This document shows, one piece after another, positions 13,041 to 25,122 of a stretch of 64,000 bases of DNA. Both the position numbers and the translations under genes were made by a program. Within the stretch, counting starts at the first letter, position 1. The number at the start of each line of letters is the position of its first letter. Source of the stretch: Eledone cirrhosa (taxonomy: Eukaryota); assembly GCA_964016885.1 (NCBI GenBank), contig OZ024741.1, positions 138,198,001 through 138,262,000 on the forward strand. The letters are read 5' to 3'. A model generated the notes under the pieces. That model was not told where the DNA came from. It was given only the letters and a program-made list of their open reading frames with translations, and did no database searches.

Positions 13041-13719
13041 ATTTATGCATATATAATGTTATATTTGTTTATTTACATACGGATGTCTTTTTGTCAGTCT
13101 GCTGACTTATGAAAGCTGTTATTCAGCTATCTATTTCAAAGATCGTAAATAATTGTCCCGGTTCTCTAACTTAATGTTTTATATGGCTATCTGGTAGATA
13201 TGGGGTTGGATTCCACATAGCAGCTAATGAAAACTACTTTTACTGTCTTTTAAGTGTCTACACGCTATTTTATAAGCTATTTCATAGAATTTCTGCGCAT
13301 GAGCACATCATTTATAGCAACGCTATATTCTTAGCACTCAAAGTTTCGAGAGTTAGGCTACGTTTAGTGTTTATTTACATCCGGGTGTCTAAGTGTCTGA
13401 ATTATACAGTGCAATTATATTTGTATTATAGTGCTTTGCTAAAAGTACACCCCTTCATTTCATTAAATCTGTAACGTATTTACGGATTTACAATATAACA
13501 CATATAGGAGACGATTGATTTGATAGCCCTTTGAAGCTTTGTATTCCATATGTTAAAGGAATCCTTGACTGTGTTTGTAATCTGTAGAATCGAAGTCATT
13601 CTTACTTTTGAAAATATTCTTTTCTACATATAATATATTTGCCATAAGCCAAGGAATAACTACATTCTGGTTGTATCACCCCATACTACATTTTCTGATA
13701 GAAATGAAGAATTCATAAC

Positions 13720-14310
13720 ATGTTGGAGTAACCTAAACGAATGCTGAAACCAGTGCATTACTGCACGAGCTCCTGCATTTCGTGCACTTAATTCAGCCTC
13801 CTGCCATCCATCTCTCGTGAACCTGGCCCCGAGATACTTGAACTCTTCCACCTGCTTCAGTTGAACTCCATTTAAATGTTGAGTGCACTGTGCGACTTCA
13901 TTCAGTGTATGTGTGCCTCAGTCTTCGCACCACTGAATTTCACTCCAACCATGTAGTACTCGGCATCAAGCCGTTCATGTGCAAATTGGAGATCATCTTC
14001 TGATGAATTGAGTAATACCAAGTCGTCTGCAAATTCCAGCTGACTGATCCTACACCTGCCAGTTGTGATATCACTTCCAACCAGGCTGCCCATGTCAATC
14101 GTTTTCATAATGAACAGGAGAAGTGACAGAACACACTCTTGGCGGAGTCTGATACTCATGTTGAATTTGATTTAGCACCATTTATCCGAACGCAAATACT
14201 CGGTCATTCGTATAGAGACATTAGGGCAACACGATGACCATCATGCCCATACTGTTGCAGATCCTTCCACAGTAGTTTCCGCGGAACGTGGTCATATGCT
14301 TTGTCAAGGT
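13720..14310 (-). mobile_element. RTE-clade LINE RT fragment (inverted 5' part)
   Basis: DKAYDHVPRKLLWK, LRQECVLS, FADDLVLL, EEFKYLG motifs with frameshifts. Confidence 0.85.
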
Positions 14311-14311
14311 A

Positions 14312-14690
14312 TTTGTGCTAATTTGTACTTAGGTCATGAATCTTGGGTAATGATCGAAATAATACGTTCGCGAATACAAGAGTCCAACATGGAGTTCCTC
14401 CGACGTGCTTTTGAGTAACGTTACTCGATATTGAATAGCTCGGAAATCAGACAGCCGCTCCAGTTAGAACGGCTGCTGTTTCAAATTGAGAGATCTAGTT
14501 CCGATATTATGGACATGTAATTGGAATGTCTCAGGAAAGAATCGCGGGCAGAATCAACCGACAGGAGACTCGGGGATAGATCTCTAGAAAGTTGGGTGGA
14601 TAACATCTACGAGTTCGGCTGGTCTCGTTTGGAGATGCAGTCGGATCTATTGGAGAGGGATGCTACTGACAGGAGCGTCGGACTAAAGGA
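14312..14690 (+). mobile_element. RTE-clade LINE 3' end
   Basis: GHESWV..., MEFLRR, LQLERLLFQIERS, YYGHVIGMSQERI; typical RTE post-RT region, broken by indels. Confidence 0.75.
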
Positions 14691-15417
14691 TTTATATTAA
14701 TTTCCCTATCTTTATGTATACTAATACACTGTAAGCGTTTGGGTATGCATTATTTCTGAATCTATAAAATGAGTAATTGTGATGTCGGAAAAACTCTTAA
14801 AAATTGGCCTTTCGCCTAAATAAAAGAACGCATATATAGATATTTATCCGGCATGGTTAATAGTTGCTAATAATAAAAATAACATTCATATTAAGCAATG
14901 TCAAGGCATTTTCAGATGCGAAAAGGATAACATATATTGGGCTCATTCATCATAACATGTACGTCATTATTCATTATGTGTATGTAGCATGAATAATTGA
15001 TTCTCGGAACTCCAGTGATTCGATGAGATTTGAAGGCTAGGTTCTGTTAGAACGAGATGACTGGTAGCTGGAAGATTCTCTTGGTTATTATTGCAATATT
15101 TACTTAAAGAAATATAGTTGTTCTGAAAACAACATGTTTTGTTTCAATTTACTGCTCCAATGATCCCCATATTTTGAAATACGTATTTCATAATAGATAT
15201 ATCTAGCTTGAAGCTGAAGATTACCATATTTCTGTTTAGTTTCCTTTCAACAAGAAAATATTTACACTTAATGTCCAAACAGTTAATCACTCACATATTT
15301 GTAAAATTTAGATGATACAGGCTGGTGAAAATACGTTGAGGTATCAGTTCCCACCATTTGCGATCAGAATTCAAATCCGTCTGTGGCCAACTTCTCTTTT
15401 AATCTACCCACTTTCGA

Positions 15418-15786
<369 letters not shown>

Positions 15787-15838
15787 TATGTATGTATACG
15801 TACATACATATATGTATACAGACGTACAATAGCATGCA

Positions 15839-15880
<42 letters not shown>

Positions 15881-16056
15881 CATATACATACACACATGCA
15901 TACAGGTACACATACATATATGCACGCATCAGTTTAGCCGACGTTTATTATAACGCCTGCTTTGTTCGTTTGTTTGTCAACAAATCGAACAGCCTGAATT
16001 TATGCCATACGGTGTTAAGGCAACCACGTCACCTTTTTGTTCAACACTGACACAGG

Positions 16057-16101
16057 AACGATGTACTAGTTTCAAGCTTGTTAGCTATCATCAGCACCGT
16101 T
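16057..16101 (-). ncRNA. Minimal type I hammerhead, array unit 1
   Basis: aacggtg-CTGATGA-tagct-aaca-agctt-GAAA-ctag-TA-catcgtt on minus strand. Confidence 0.85.
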
Positions 16102-16337
16102 TACCCATCTGCCAGATAGTTGAACGTTCGAAAGTATATACTTTCCTTATGAAAATTAACGGCTGAGCAGCCTAATTTGCATATTGAGTGAGTTAAATCG
16201 GTCAGGCATACCGGAAACGATAAGTTGAAAAAAAAATGAAAACGAAATTTCATTTCTCACTCTTAGTATGGCATTTACTTAAATGTAAGTATGTATGTAT
16301 ACGTACATACATATATGTATACAGACGTACAGTAGCA

Positions 16338-16389
<52 letters not shown>

Positions 16390-16553
16390 CACATGCATAC
16401 AGGTACACATACATATATGCACGCATCAGTTTAGCCGACGTTTATTATAACGCCTTCTTTGTTCGTTTGTTTGTCAACAAATCGAACAGCCTGAATTTAT
16501 GCCATACGGTGTTAAGGCAACCACGTCACCTTTTTGTTCAACACTGACACAGG

Positions 16554-16598
16554 AACGATGTACTAGTTTCAAGCTTGTTAGCTATCATCAGCACCGTT
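16554..16598 (-). ncRNA. Minimal type I hammerhead, array unit 2
   Basis: Identical motif to unit 1. Confidence 0.85.
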
Positions 16599-17052
16599 TA
16601 CCCATCTGCCAGATAGTTGAACGTTCGAAAGTATATACTTTCCTTATGAAAATTAACGGCTGAGCAGCCTAATTTGCATATTGAGTGAGTTAAATCGGTC
16701 AGGCATACCGGAAACGATAAGTTGAAAAAAATGAAAACGAAATTTCATTTTTCACTCTTAGTATGGCACTTACTTAAATGTAAGTATGTATGTATACGTA
16801 CATACATATATGTATACAGACGTACAGTAGCATGCATATATATATATATATACATATATACATATATATATATATACATATACATACACACATGCATACA
16901 GGTACACATACATATATGCACGCATCAGTTTAGCCGACGTTTATTATAACGCCTGCTTTGTTCGTTTGTTTGTCAACAAATCGAACAGCCTGAATTTATG
17001 CCATACGGTGTTAAGGCAACCACGTCACCTTTTTGTTCAACACTGACACAGC

Positions 17053-17097
17053 AACGATGTACTAGTTTCAAGCTTGTTAGCTATCATCAGCACCGTT
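17053..17097 (-). ncRNA. Minimal type I hammerhead, array unit 3
   Basis: Identical motif to unit 1. Confidence 0.85.
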
Positions 17098-17552
17098 TAC
17101 CCATCTGCCAGATAGTTGAACGTTCGAAAGTATATACTTTCCTTATGAAAATTAACGGCTGAGCAGCCTAATTTGCATATTGAGTGAGTTAAATCGGTCA
17201 GGCATACCGGAAACGATAAGTTGAAAAAAAATGAAAACGAAATTTCATTTCTGACTCTTAGTATGGCACTTACTTAAATGTAAGTATGTATGTATACGTA
17301 CATACATATATGTATACAGACGTACAGTAGCATGCATATATATATATATATACATATATACATATATATATATATACATATACATACACACATGCATACA
17401 GGTACACATACATATATGCACGCATCAGTTTAGCCGACGTTTATTATAACGCCTGCTTTGTTCGTTTGTTTGTCAACAAATCGAACAGTCTGAATTTATG
17501 CCATACGGTGTTAAGGCAACCACGTCACCTTTTTGTTCAAGACTGACACAGG

Positions 17553-17597
17553 AACGATGTACTAGTTTCAAGCTTGTTAGCTATCATCAGCACCGTT
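17553..17597 (-). ncRNA. Minimal type I hammerhead, array unit 4
   Basis: Identical motif to unit 1. Confidence 0.85.
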
Positions 17598-18053
17598 TAC
17601 CCATCTGCCAGATAGTTGAACGTTCGAAAGTATATACTTTCCTTATGAAAATTAACGGCTGAGCAGCCTAATTTGCATATTGAGTGAGTTAAATCGGTCA
17701 GGCATACCGGAAACGATAAGTTGAAAAAAATGAAAACGAAATTTCATTTTTCACTCTTATTATGGCACTTACTTAAATGTAAGTATGTATGTATACGTAC
17801 ATACACATATGTATACAGACGTACAGTAGCATGCATATATATATATATATATACATATATACATATATATATATATACATATACATACACACATGCATAC
17901 AGGTACACATACATATATGCACGCATCAGTTTAGCCGACGTTTATTATAACGCCTGCTTTGTTCGTTTGTTTGTCAACAAATCGAACAGCCTGAATTTAT
18001 GCCATACGGTGTTAAGGCAACCACGTCACCTTTTTGTTCAACACTGACACAGC

Positions 18054-18098
18054 AACGATGTACTAGTTTCAAGCTTGTTAGCTATCATCAGCACCGTT
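18054..18098 (-). ncRNA. Minimal type I hammerhead, array unit 5
   Basis: Identical motif to unit 1. Confidence 0.85.
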
Positions 18099-18421
18099 TA
18101 CCCATCTGCCAGATAGTTGAACGTTCGAAAGTATATACTTTCCTTATGAAAATTAACGGCTGAGCAGCCTAATTTGCATATTGAGTGAGTTAAATCGGTC
18201 AGGCATACCGGAAACGATAAGTTGAAAAAAATGAAAACGAAATTTCATTTCTCACTCTTAGTATGGCACTTACTTAAATGTAAGTATGTATGTATACGTA
18301 CATACATATATGTACGTCTGTATACATATATGTATGTACGTATACATACGTACTTACATTTAAGTAAGTGCCATACTAAGAGTGAGAAATATCGAACGTT
18401 CAACTATCTGGCAGATGGGTA

Positions 18422-18466
18422 AACGGTGCTGATGATAGCTAACAAGCTTGAAACTAGTACATCGTT
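18422..18466 (+). ncRNA. Minimal type I hammerhead, inverted array unit
   Basis: Stem I aacggtg/catcgtt (one G-U), CTGATGA 18429-18435, stem II agct/agct, GAAA 18450-18453, ACTAGT, GUA triplet. Confidence 0.85.
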
Positions 18467-18636
18467 CCTGTGTCAGTGTTGAACAAAAAGGTGACGTGGT
18501 TGCCCTAACACCGTATGGCATAAATTCAGGCTGTTCGATTTGTTGACAAACAAACGAACAAAGCAGGCGTTATAATAAACGTCGGCTAAACTGATGCGTG
18601 CATATATGTATGTGTACCTGTATGCATGTGTGTATG

Positions 18637-18718
<82 letters not shown>

Positions 18719-18832
18719 TGCTACTGTACGTCTGTATACATATATGTATGTACGTATACATACATACTTACATTTAAGTAAGTGCCATACTAAGAGTGAG
18801 AAATGAAATTTCGTTTTCATTTTTTTTCAACT

Positions 18833-18864
<32 letters not shown>

Positions 18865-18871
18865 TATATAT

Positions 18872-18916
<45 letters not shown>

Positions 18917-18943
18917 TATATATATATATATAAATATATATAT

Positions 18944-18981
<38 letters not shown>

Positions 18982-18986
<5 letters not shown>

Positions 18987-19177
18987 AATAAGTTTAACCC
19001 CAACAGCAGAGCCCAAGCCGTTTCGACGGCTATTTCTGGACTCAGAAATAGGTCGAAACGGCTTGAGCTCTGCCGTCGGGGTTAAACGTTTTCCTATTAC
19101 CCACTCTACTATACTAAGTATTGGGTACTCTGGTGCGTTATGGTCAATCTGGTTCCTTACCACACCTCCTTCGTTAT
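18982..19177 (+). mobile_element. Short fold-back copy of the U3:A8 hammerhead family (3' half only) plus 80-bp tail, in (TA)n
   Basis: 18982-19097 is palindromic; contains gtcGAAACggcttgagctctgccGTCgggg; tail matches 22167-22245. Confidence 0.8.
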
Positions 19178-19184
19178 ATATATA

Positions 19185-19477
19185 TAGTTAAAGAAAGAAG
19201 AGTAACATGGTTGGTTCTACAATAAGGGCTTTATTTAAAGTACTGACAATTGTTTCGTTGATCAGGTGTGTCTAGAGTTCGCCATTCGCTTGAGGTTGCA
19301 TCAATCGATCTCCAATACATTGTTTACCACTGTGGTGAACAATGTATTGGAGATCGATTGACGCAACCTCAAGCGATTAGCGAACTCTAGACACACCTGA
19401 TCAACGAAACAATTCTCAGTACTTTAAATAAAGCCATTGTTGTACAGCCAACCATGTTACTCTTCTTTCTTTAACTA
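19185..19477. repeat. Fold-back palindrome, ~145-bp arms, same family as 4480-4620
   Basis: Arms reverse-complementary around ~19330; shares aagaaagaagagt..caataagggcttta..ctgacaattgtttc with 4480-4545. Confidence 0.9.
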
Positions 19478-19720
19478 TTATTACTGAAAGTTTAACCTGC
19501 ATAGAAATTACCGCGATCTCGCTGCATAACTATGGAAACATCTTGTTGAGTCAAACAAAGCGGTACGTTAAAACCATCACGACACGGAGTACTCATAACT
19601 CTAACTGGATTACCTATAACGATAACTTGCTATCCCATATATATATATATATATATAGATATATATATTATAATAAAATAACAGGAGGCTGGACTTGTGT
19701 AAATCCTTGCAACGTTTATT

Positions 19721-19778
19721 ATACTATGATCATTTCAATGACCGGGTTCCGTATGAATCCGGTGATATCATCAGGTAT
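19721..19778 (-). ncRNA. Type I hammerhead ribozyme
   Basis: atac-CTGATGA-tatcaccggattc-atacg-gaacccggtcatt-GAAA-tgatca-TA-gtat; palindromic ATGATCAT. Confidence 0.75.
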
Positions 19779-20282
19779 TCGAAATATAATAAATGAATGT
19801 AACAGATGAAATCCATGGGGCTGAAAATCATAGACGCTAGGACGACCGACCATCTAGCATCTTCCACTTTAGCCGGTCGTTCTCAAGTGCTGGCTATTCG
19901 GTCTACTTAAGGCTATCTGGTGAGGGGGCGAAAGCTTATAATGTGCTACTAACCTCTCGGTCAAAAGAGAAAAAAATCAGGCTAGGAATTGGCGAGAAAA
20001 ATGTTATTCTAAAGAACCTATATCTTAACAGAGGTATATATTATAACAGAGGTATATATAGTGGGCGTCTGCATGGTATAATGTGTGAACAGAAAATTGG
20101 AACGTAAAATTTTTGTTTAGATTTATAGGATGAAATAAAAAAAAAATAAATTAAATTAAAGATTTGTACAGGCAAGTTCAGCCACCCCTACCTCCCACCA
20201 AATACCATGATAGACTTATTTGTTTTTACAACAAATGTTGACCAATCCTCTTGACAACTACAATCTTCCCATATAAGGAGGT

Positions 20283-20378
20283 ACCCCTTGACAAGTTCGG
20301 TTATTTATTCACTAGGCTAACAATTCTAATTTAGTCCAGAAATAGCCGTCGAAACGGCTTGAGCTCTGCCGTCGGGGT
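20283..20378 (+). ncRNA. Type I hammerhead, U3:A8 core variant
   Basis: acccc-TTGACAA-g..cggttattt/aaatagccgtc-GAAA-cggc-ttgagctct-gcc-GTC-ggggt. Confidence 0.7.
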
Positions 20379-20472
20379 CATACTTTTTCCTATATATATA
20401 TATTCGGTATACAAGGATGCAATTCACTTCTAACACTCAATGCCATATTTCTAAGAACAGGGTGACGGAGTA

Positions 20473-20982
20473 TATTAATGAAGATGAAAATGCGAAGATG
20501 AAGATGTTAGAGTCCTTTTTAATTGAGCCGTTATATATATTTCAATGACGATAAACATCGTCATCTCTTTAGACAGTAAAAATTGATTAAAAGAAATCTT
20601 ACCTTTTAATCAACGTTTGCTGTCTGAAAAGATCACGATGTTTATCGTCTTTGAAATATATATCATCTCAATTAATAAAGGACTCTAACATCTTCAACTT
20701 CACATTTTCATCTTTATTATATATATATATATGTATATATATATAAGTAGTTCCACAACAGTTAGTTCACCATACAGAGAACAAATATTTCACCTTAGGC
20801 GGGTCTTCACGCACACACACACACACACATGTGTGTGTGTGTGTGTGTGTGAAGACCCGCCTAAGGTGAAATATTTGTTCTCTGTATGGTGAACTAACTC
20901 AAGTGGAACTACTTATATATATATACAAATATATATAATAAAGATGAAAATGTGAAGTTGAAGATGTTAGAGTCCTTTATTA
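20473..20982. repeat. Two overlapping palindromes (20473-20720 and 20672-20982); the first contains a decayed hammerhead in each arm
   Basis: Segment gaagatgttagagtcctt occurs +,-,+; second palindrome is centred on (CA)n/(TG)n at ~20830; arms read ctaaaga / ctgaaaa followed by acgat-gttt-atcgt and GAAA-tatata-t. Confidence 0.85.
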
Positions 20983-21349
20983 AGGAAGAAGAAATAGTAT
21001 ATATTTTATTATCTGATGATTCTAAAGACATGATTTATGATATATTGCTCTGATCTTTTAATTTTTTAATTTATTAATTCTTCATAGAGCTTAAAAGTGA
21101 CCAGTTGCAACATGTATATATCTATAACTTTATGTATATGTTAACCTTTATATTTAATAATGTCCCAATAGGTTGAGATTAAATTTGGCGATATTTGGCT
21201 GCGCTTTCTAGCAGCAAGCCTACCCGCCATAAGCAACCAATCACATTCTTTCTTTCTGGCTTGACCACAGCCACATAGCGATTCTTAGCCATTTTTGAAT
21301 CTATTTTTGGCGGGATCGGGTTGAAAAACAAGATGTCTGATTTTGAGTT

Positions 21350-21428
21350 TGTCTCCTGATGAATCCTAACTCAGGACATTCCTATTATTTGGATGTCTAA
21401 AAATAAGGAAGAAACCATGGTAGAGATA
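21350..21428 (+). ncRNA. Type I hammerhead ribozyme with extended stem II
   Basis: tgtctc-CTGATGA-atcct...aggaa-GAAA-ccatg-GTA-gagata; palindromic ACCATGGT; lies between 55-bp direct repeats 20991-21045 and 21664-21718. Confidence 0.75.
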
Positions 21429-21710
21429 TAATTACGGTATGTGCGCATTTCTTCTAAGTTTAATTTTACACCTAATTGTGTATGGTTGATGGTATATTTA
21501 GTCAGTTTCTACATGCTGTCGAAACGTTGGATAAACACTCGATTGGGCCTGCCGCGAAGAGGCTACGTTCGGTTATTTGTCGGAGATTTCTCCATAAGAG
21601 CGTTTATTCTTATAGCTTGTTCTAATTGATTTTTTATATGGTTAATTATGCAAATTGGAAGACGAAATAGTATATATTTTATTATCTGATGATTCTAAAG
21701 ACATGATTTA

Positions 21711-21758
<48 letters not shown>

Positions 21759-21763
<5 letters not shown>

Positions 21764-22245
21764 AACGAGTAGGACCCCGATGGCTGAGCTCAAGCCGTTT
21801 CGACGGCTAATTCTGGACTAAACAAACATTTTTATCCTGGTGTATGAATAGCCGAGCTTCTCTGGGCGTAATTCCATATATCGTAAGAGTGATTGTCACA
21901 AGGATTGGTCAAAAGTTTGTTGTTGAGACACAAAATTCTATCATGGCAATTTGTGCTACCCCTTCCTTCCACAAATTGCCATGATAGAATTATGTATCTC
22001 AACAAAAAACTTTTGACCAATCCTTGTGACAATCACTTTTACCATATATAGAATTACCCCCTGAGAAGCACGGCTATTCATATACCAGGATAAAAATGTT
22101 CGTTTAGTCCAGAATTAGCCGTCGAAACGGCTTGAGCTCAGCCGTCGGGGTCCTACTCGTTCCTATTACCCACTCAACTACCCTAAGTATTGAGTAATTT
22201 GGTGCGTTATGGTCCACCTGGTTCCTTACCACATTTCCTTCGTTA
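21759..22245 (+). mobile_element. Fold-back element (arms ~21759-21955 / 21970-22166) of the U3:A8 hammerhead family, between (TA)n tracts
   Basis: Reverse-complementary arms with scattered mismatches; hammerhead at 22056-22151 (core CTGAGAA, stem III acggct/agccgt, GUC). Confidence 0.85.
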
Positions 22246-25122
22246 TATATATATATATATATATATAGACGTATGTACAGGGCGGACCATAGGTCGCGCA
22301 CCAAAGCATTAAAAACAACATAGTATATGTGCTATTGTATTAATAACAAAACGTATATTGAAATAACAAAGATGTCATTTTCATCATCCTACCATCTGTA
22401 ATCTTAAGGTACTGATTAAGTTCAATGGTTGGCATTTTGCACGACAGCTTACGCTTAATAATTTAACTACCTCCGTTTTGTCTAGGGTGATAGAGGCGAT
22501 CCATAACACAAAAAGGCGATTGTAATTAAATAAAATGTAAGCGACAATTCACTTCTTTAATACAATTAATACGTTAAGGCATTTAATGTTTTGCGCACAA
22601 CGTAAGGCCTATCATGTATATATATATATGCATATATATATCGAAATCTCTCTCTCGCTCTCGCCATTTGTCTGGCTAACCCCATTCTGCCGCTCTCTTC
22701 GCTTGCTAAGCAAGTGAAATTTAGTCTGAAAAAGGCTAGATTTCTCTATAAATCAGACTAAAAATATATGGATTTAACAACTATTAAAATCAAATGTGAG
22801 CCAATGAATTCGCATAGTTACTCTTATTTATAAATGAGACGAATTTGTATGTAGATAGATTAAGCGTTACAGGGTACATTACACTGATAATGCGTATGTT
22901 ATGCATAATACTAGCTGGATAGAATGTTCATGTAATATATACATAAATACCATATGGATCTACCACATCCATTTCAGCTTTGAATGTATTCTATATATCT
23001 ATTGATTTCATTGCAAGTATGTTTATACATAAGGCGACGAAGATACGAATATATGATATATATGCCAGGTGCTTTCTATTATATTAAATACTTTAATTGA
23101 ACAAACTAGTCTAATGGTGCCTACTATAAGCATTACGGAGGATGGTGGATCTTACAATATTTAGTGTTGGATGTATACGTTGTAGATTGATTATTGGGCA
23201 ATACGAGCGACGAAACATGTTAAACTACAACGCATCCTTCTAAATTTCACCGTCCACTCTTTAGATTATCAGTGCAAAGTGGTTGTACTGTGATGGAATG
23301 AGCCACATGAAATTAAAGCGTCATAACTATAAATTCAACTGACTGTAGACACATTCTAATCGCTTGGTTACTTTTAGCTTACCCAGTGGTAAACTGTCAA
23401 AATGCATAATATAACAATACATTTCTATTTCATTTTTTCCTTTACTACTCATCCTCAAGCATCTTTCTGATGGAATACTAAGATTTGAAACTTTGAGATT
23501 ATTTTCTATTACTTCTTTTAAGTGCTAAAATAAAATACTGTTGGGCTCTGATGTGTTTTATGACTCCGGTTTATGTTTGTGTATGTGCGTGTGTGTGTAT
23601 GTGTTTGTGTGTCTGTGTGTGTGTGTTTGCTTGTGTGCACACATAAGAGATCTTTGAGATTTCAACATCAAATATAACAACACTACATGTTTATACTTGT
23701 AAATCCATTACACTGTGAGATTTTCGTCTGGAAACTCCACGTTAAACATATATCAAGAATTGTAAATGAGATGAAGGTGAAAGGTAACTAATCTTTGTGT
23801 GATCTATTCTCAGAGCTTTCATTTTAGTTAGTTTTTAGTTTTACATCCTAATGATCATCTAATCGTTAATAGCTTTTCGTTAGTCTGTAAGTTCTATAAA
23901 GTTCTCCCTCGAGAATCGATACAAAGTACAATAAAAATACCATTGGAATCTTCTGTCTAATATTGTACTTATCCAAACAATGCAGATATGATTGAAGATC
24001 TCTTTTAACATACAGAGATAATCAAATAAGGTCTCTGGAGAGAACCAAATGATATGATTCCGGACGTAGTGTTATATCATTAATGTAATTACTTAAGCAA
24101 CGCTGTAGTTCTTTACAATTCCGACTGCTTTAATAATGGTTAAATTTTCAACACTACGAAATCAAACATCACTGATTTTTTTAGCTCTAAACATGATTTC
24201 TTGTGTTGTTGATTTCAATAGACAACGAGAAGATGAAATAGAAAATATAAATATCAAAGCCATGATGTTTTATTAGTTGTTGACAGTTTGATTTCCCGGG
24301 ATATTAACATTTTTGCAAAACAGAATTCGGTTTTCTCTTTTTGAATTAACACAGGAACACAGCAAGGATTAGAAATCGGAATATAATGTTTTAATTAGTA
24401 TTGTTAATAGTTAATTAACTAGCGTTACATTTGTTACTGCTGTGTATAATTCATTTATAGTGTAATCATGCTTGTATATTCGTGACGTGTATAGAGCAAG
24501 GGGAAACGTAAGATAGAGGGGGTAAAATAATGGTATGGCAAGTATTAAAGAGAGTTAGTAGAATATAAGAAAGAGGTGTGTATGAAAGTTAAGAGACAGG
24601 AGAAAAAGTAGACTTGTTATTTGTGTGTTCCTGGAAGGGTTAGACAAGATTTAAGCAACTTTGATTTACATTAGCGACGAAATACATGTTCTTACTCACA
24701 AACATTATATACTGTGAGCTGGATCTCATCGTCTTTTGCCAACGTGGTAACAGTAAAAATTGTAATGTCTTTTAAACTGATACATTTAAAATTGTCACCT
24801 ATATAATGATTTTTACTTTAGGCAGAAGACAAGCAATACATACATTTTGTTGGGGAAGAAATATCGAATAAATCGACAATCTACGTGATTGGGATTTTAT
24901 TTTATTGATCCCAGAATGATGCAAGGCAAATTGGATTTCGGCAGAATTTGAACTCTGCACGTAAATGGATGGAAGTACAAGCCACTTATTAATTTGTACA
25001 GTTAAATCCTAGGCACTTGACCGATGCTTTTGTTATGGTAGTTAATACAAATTAACAGGGAAACAAGGTGAATAAAGAACCATTAATTTACTAGTATATA
25101 TTACAATAATTTGTTTTAATAA

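Noticed and set aside
16236-18820. Repeated [16 protein letters not shown] ORFs as a tandem gene family
   Set aside because: Frame depends on the variable internal TA tract and differs between units; no domain; the conserved feature is the RNA motif on the other strand
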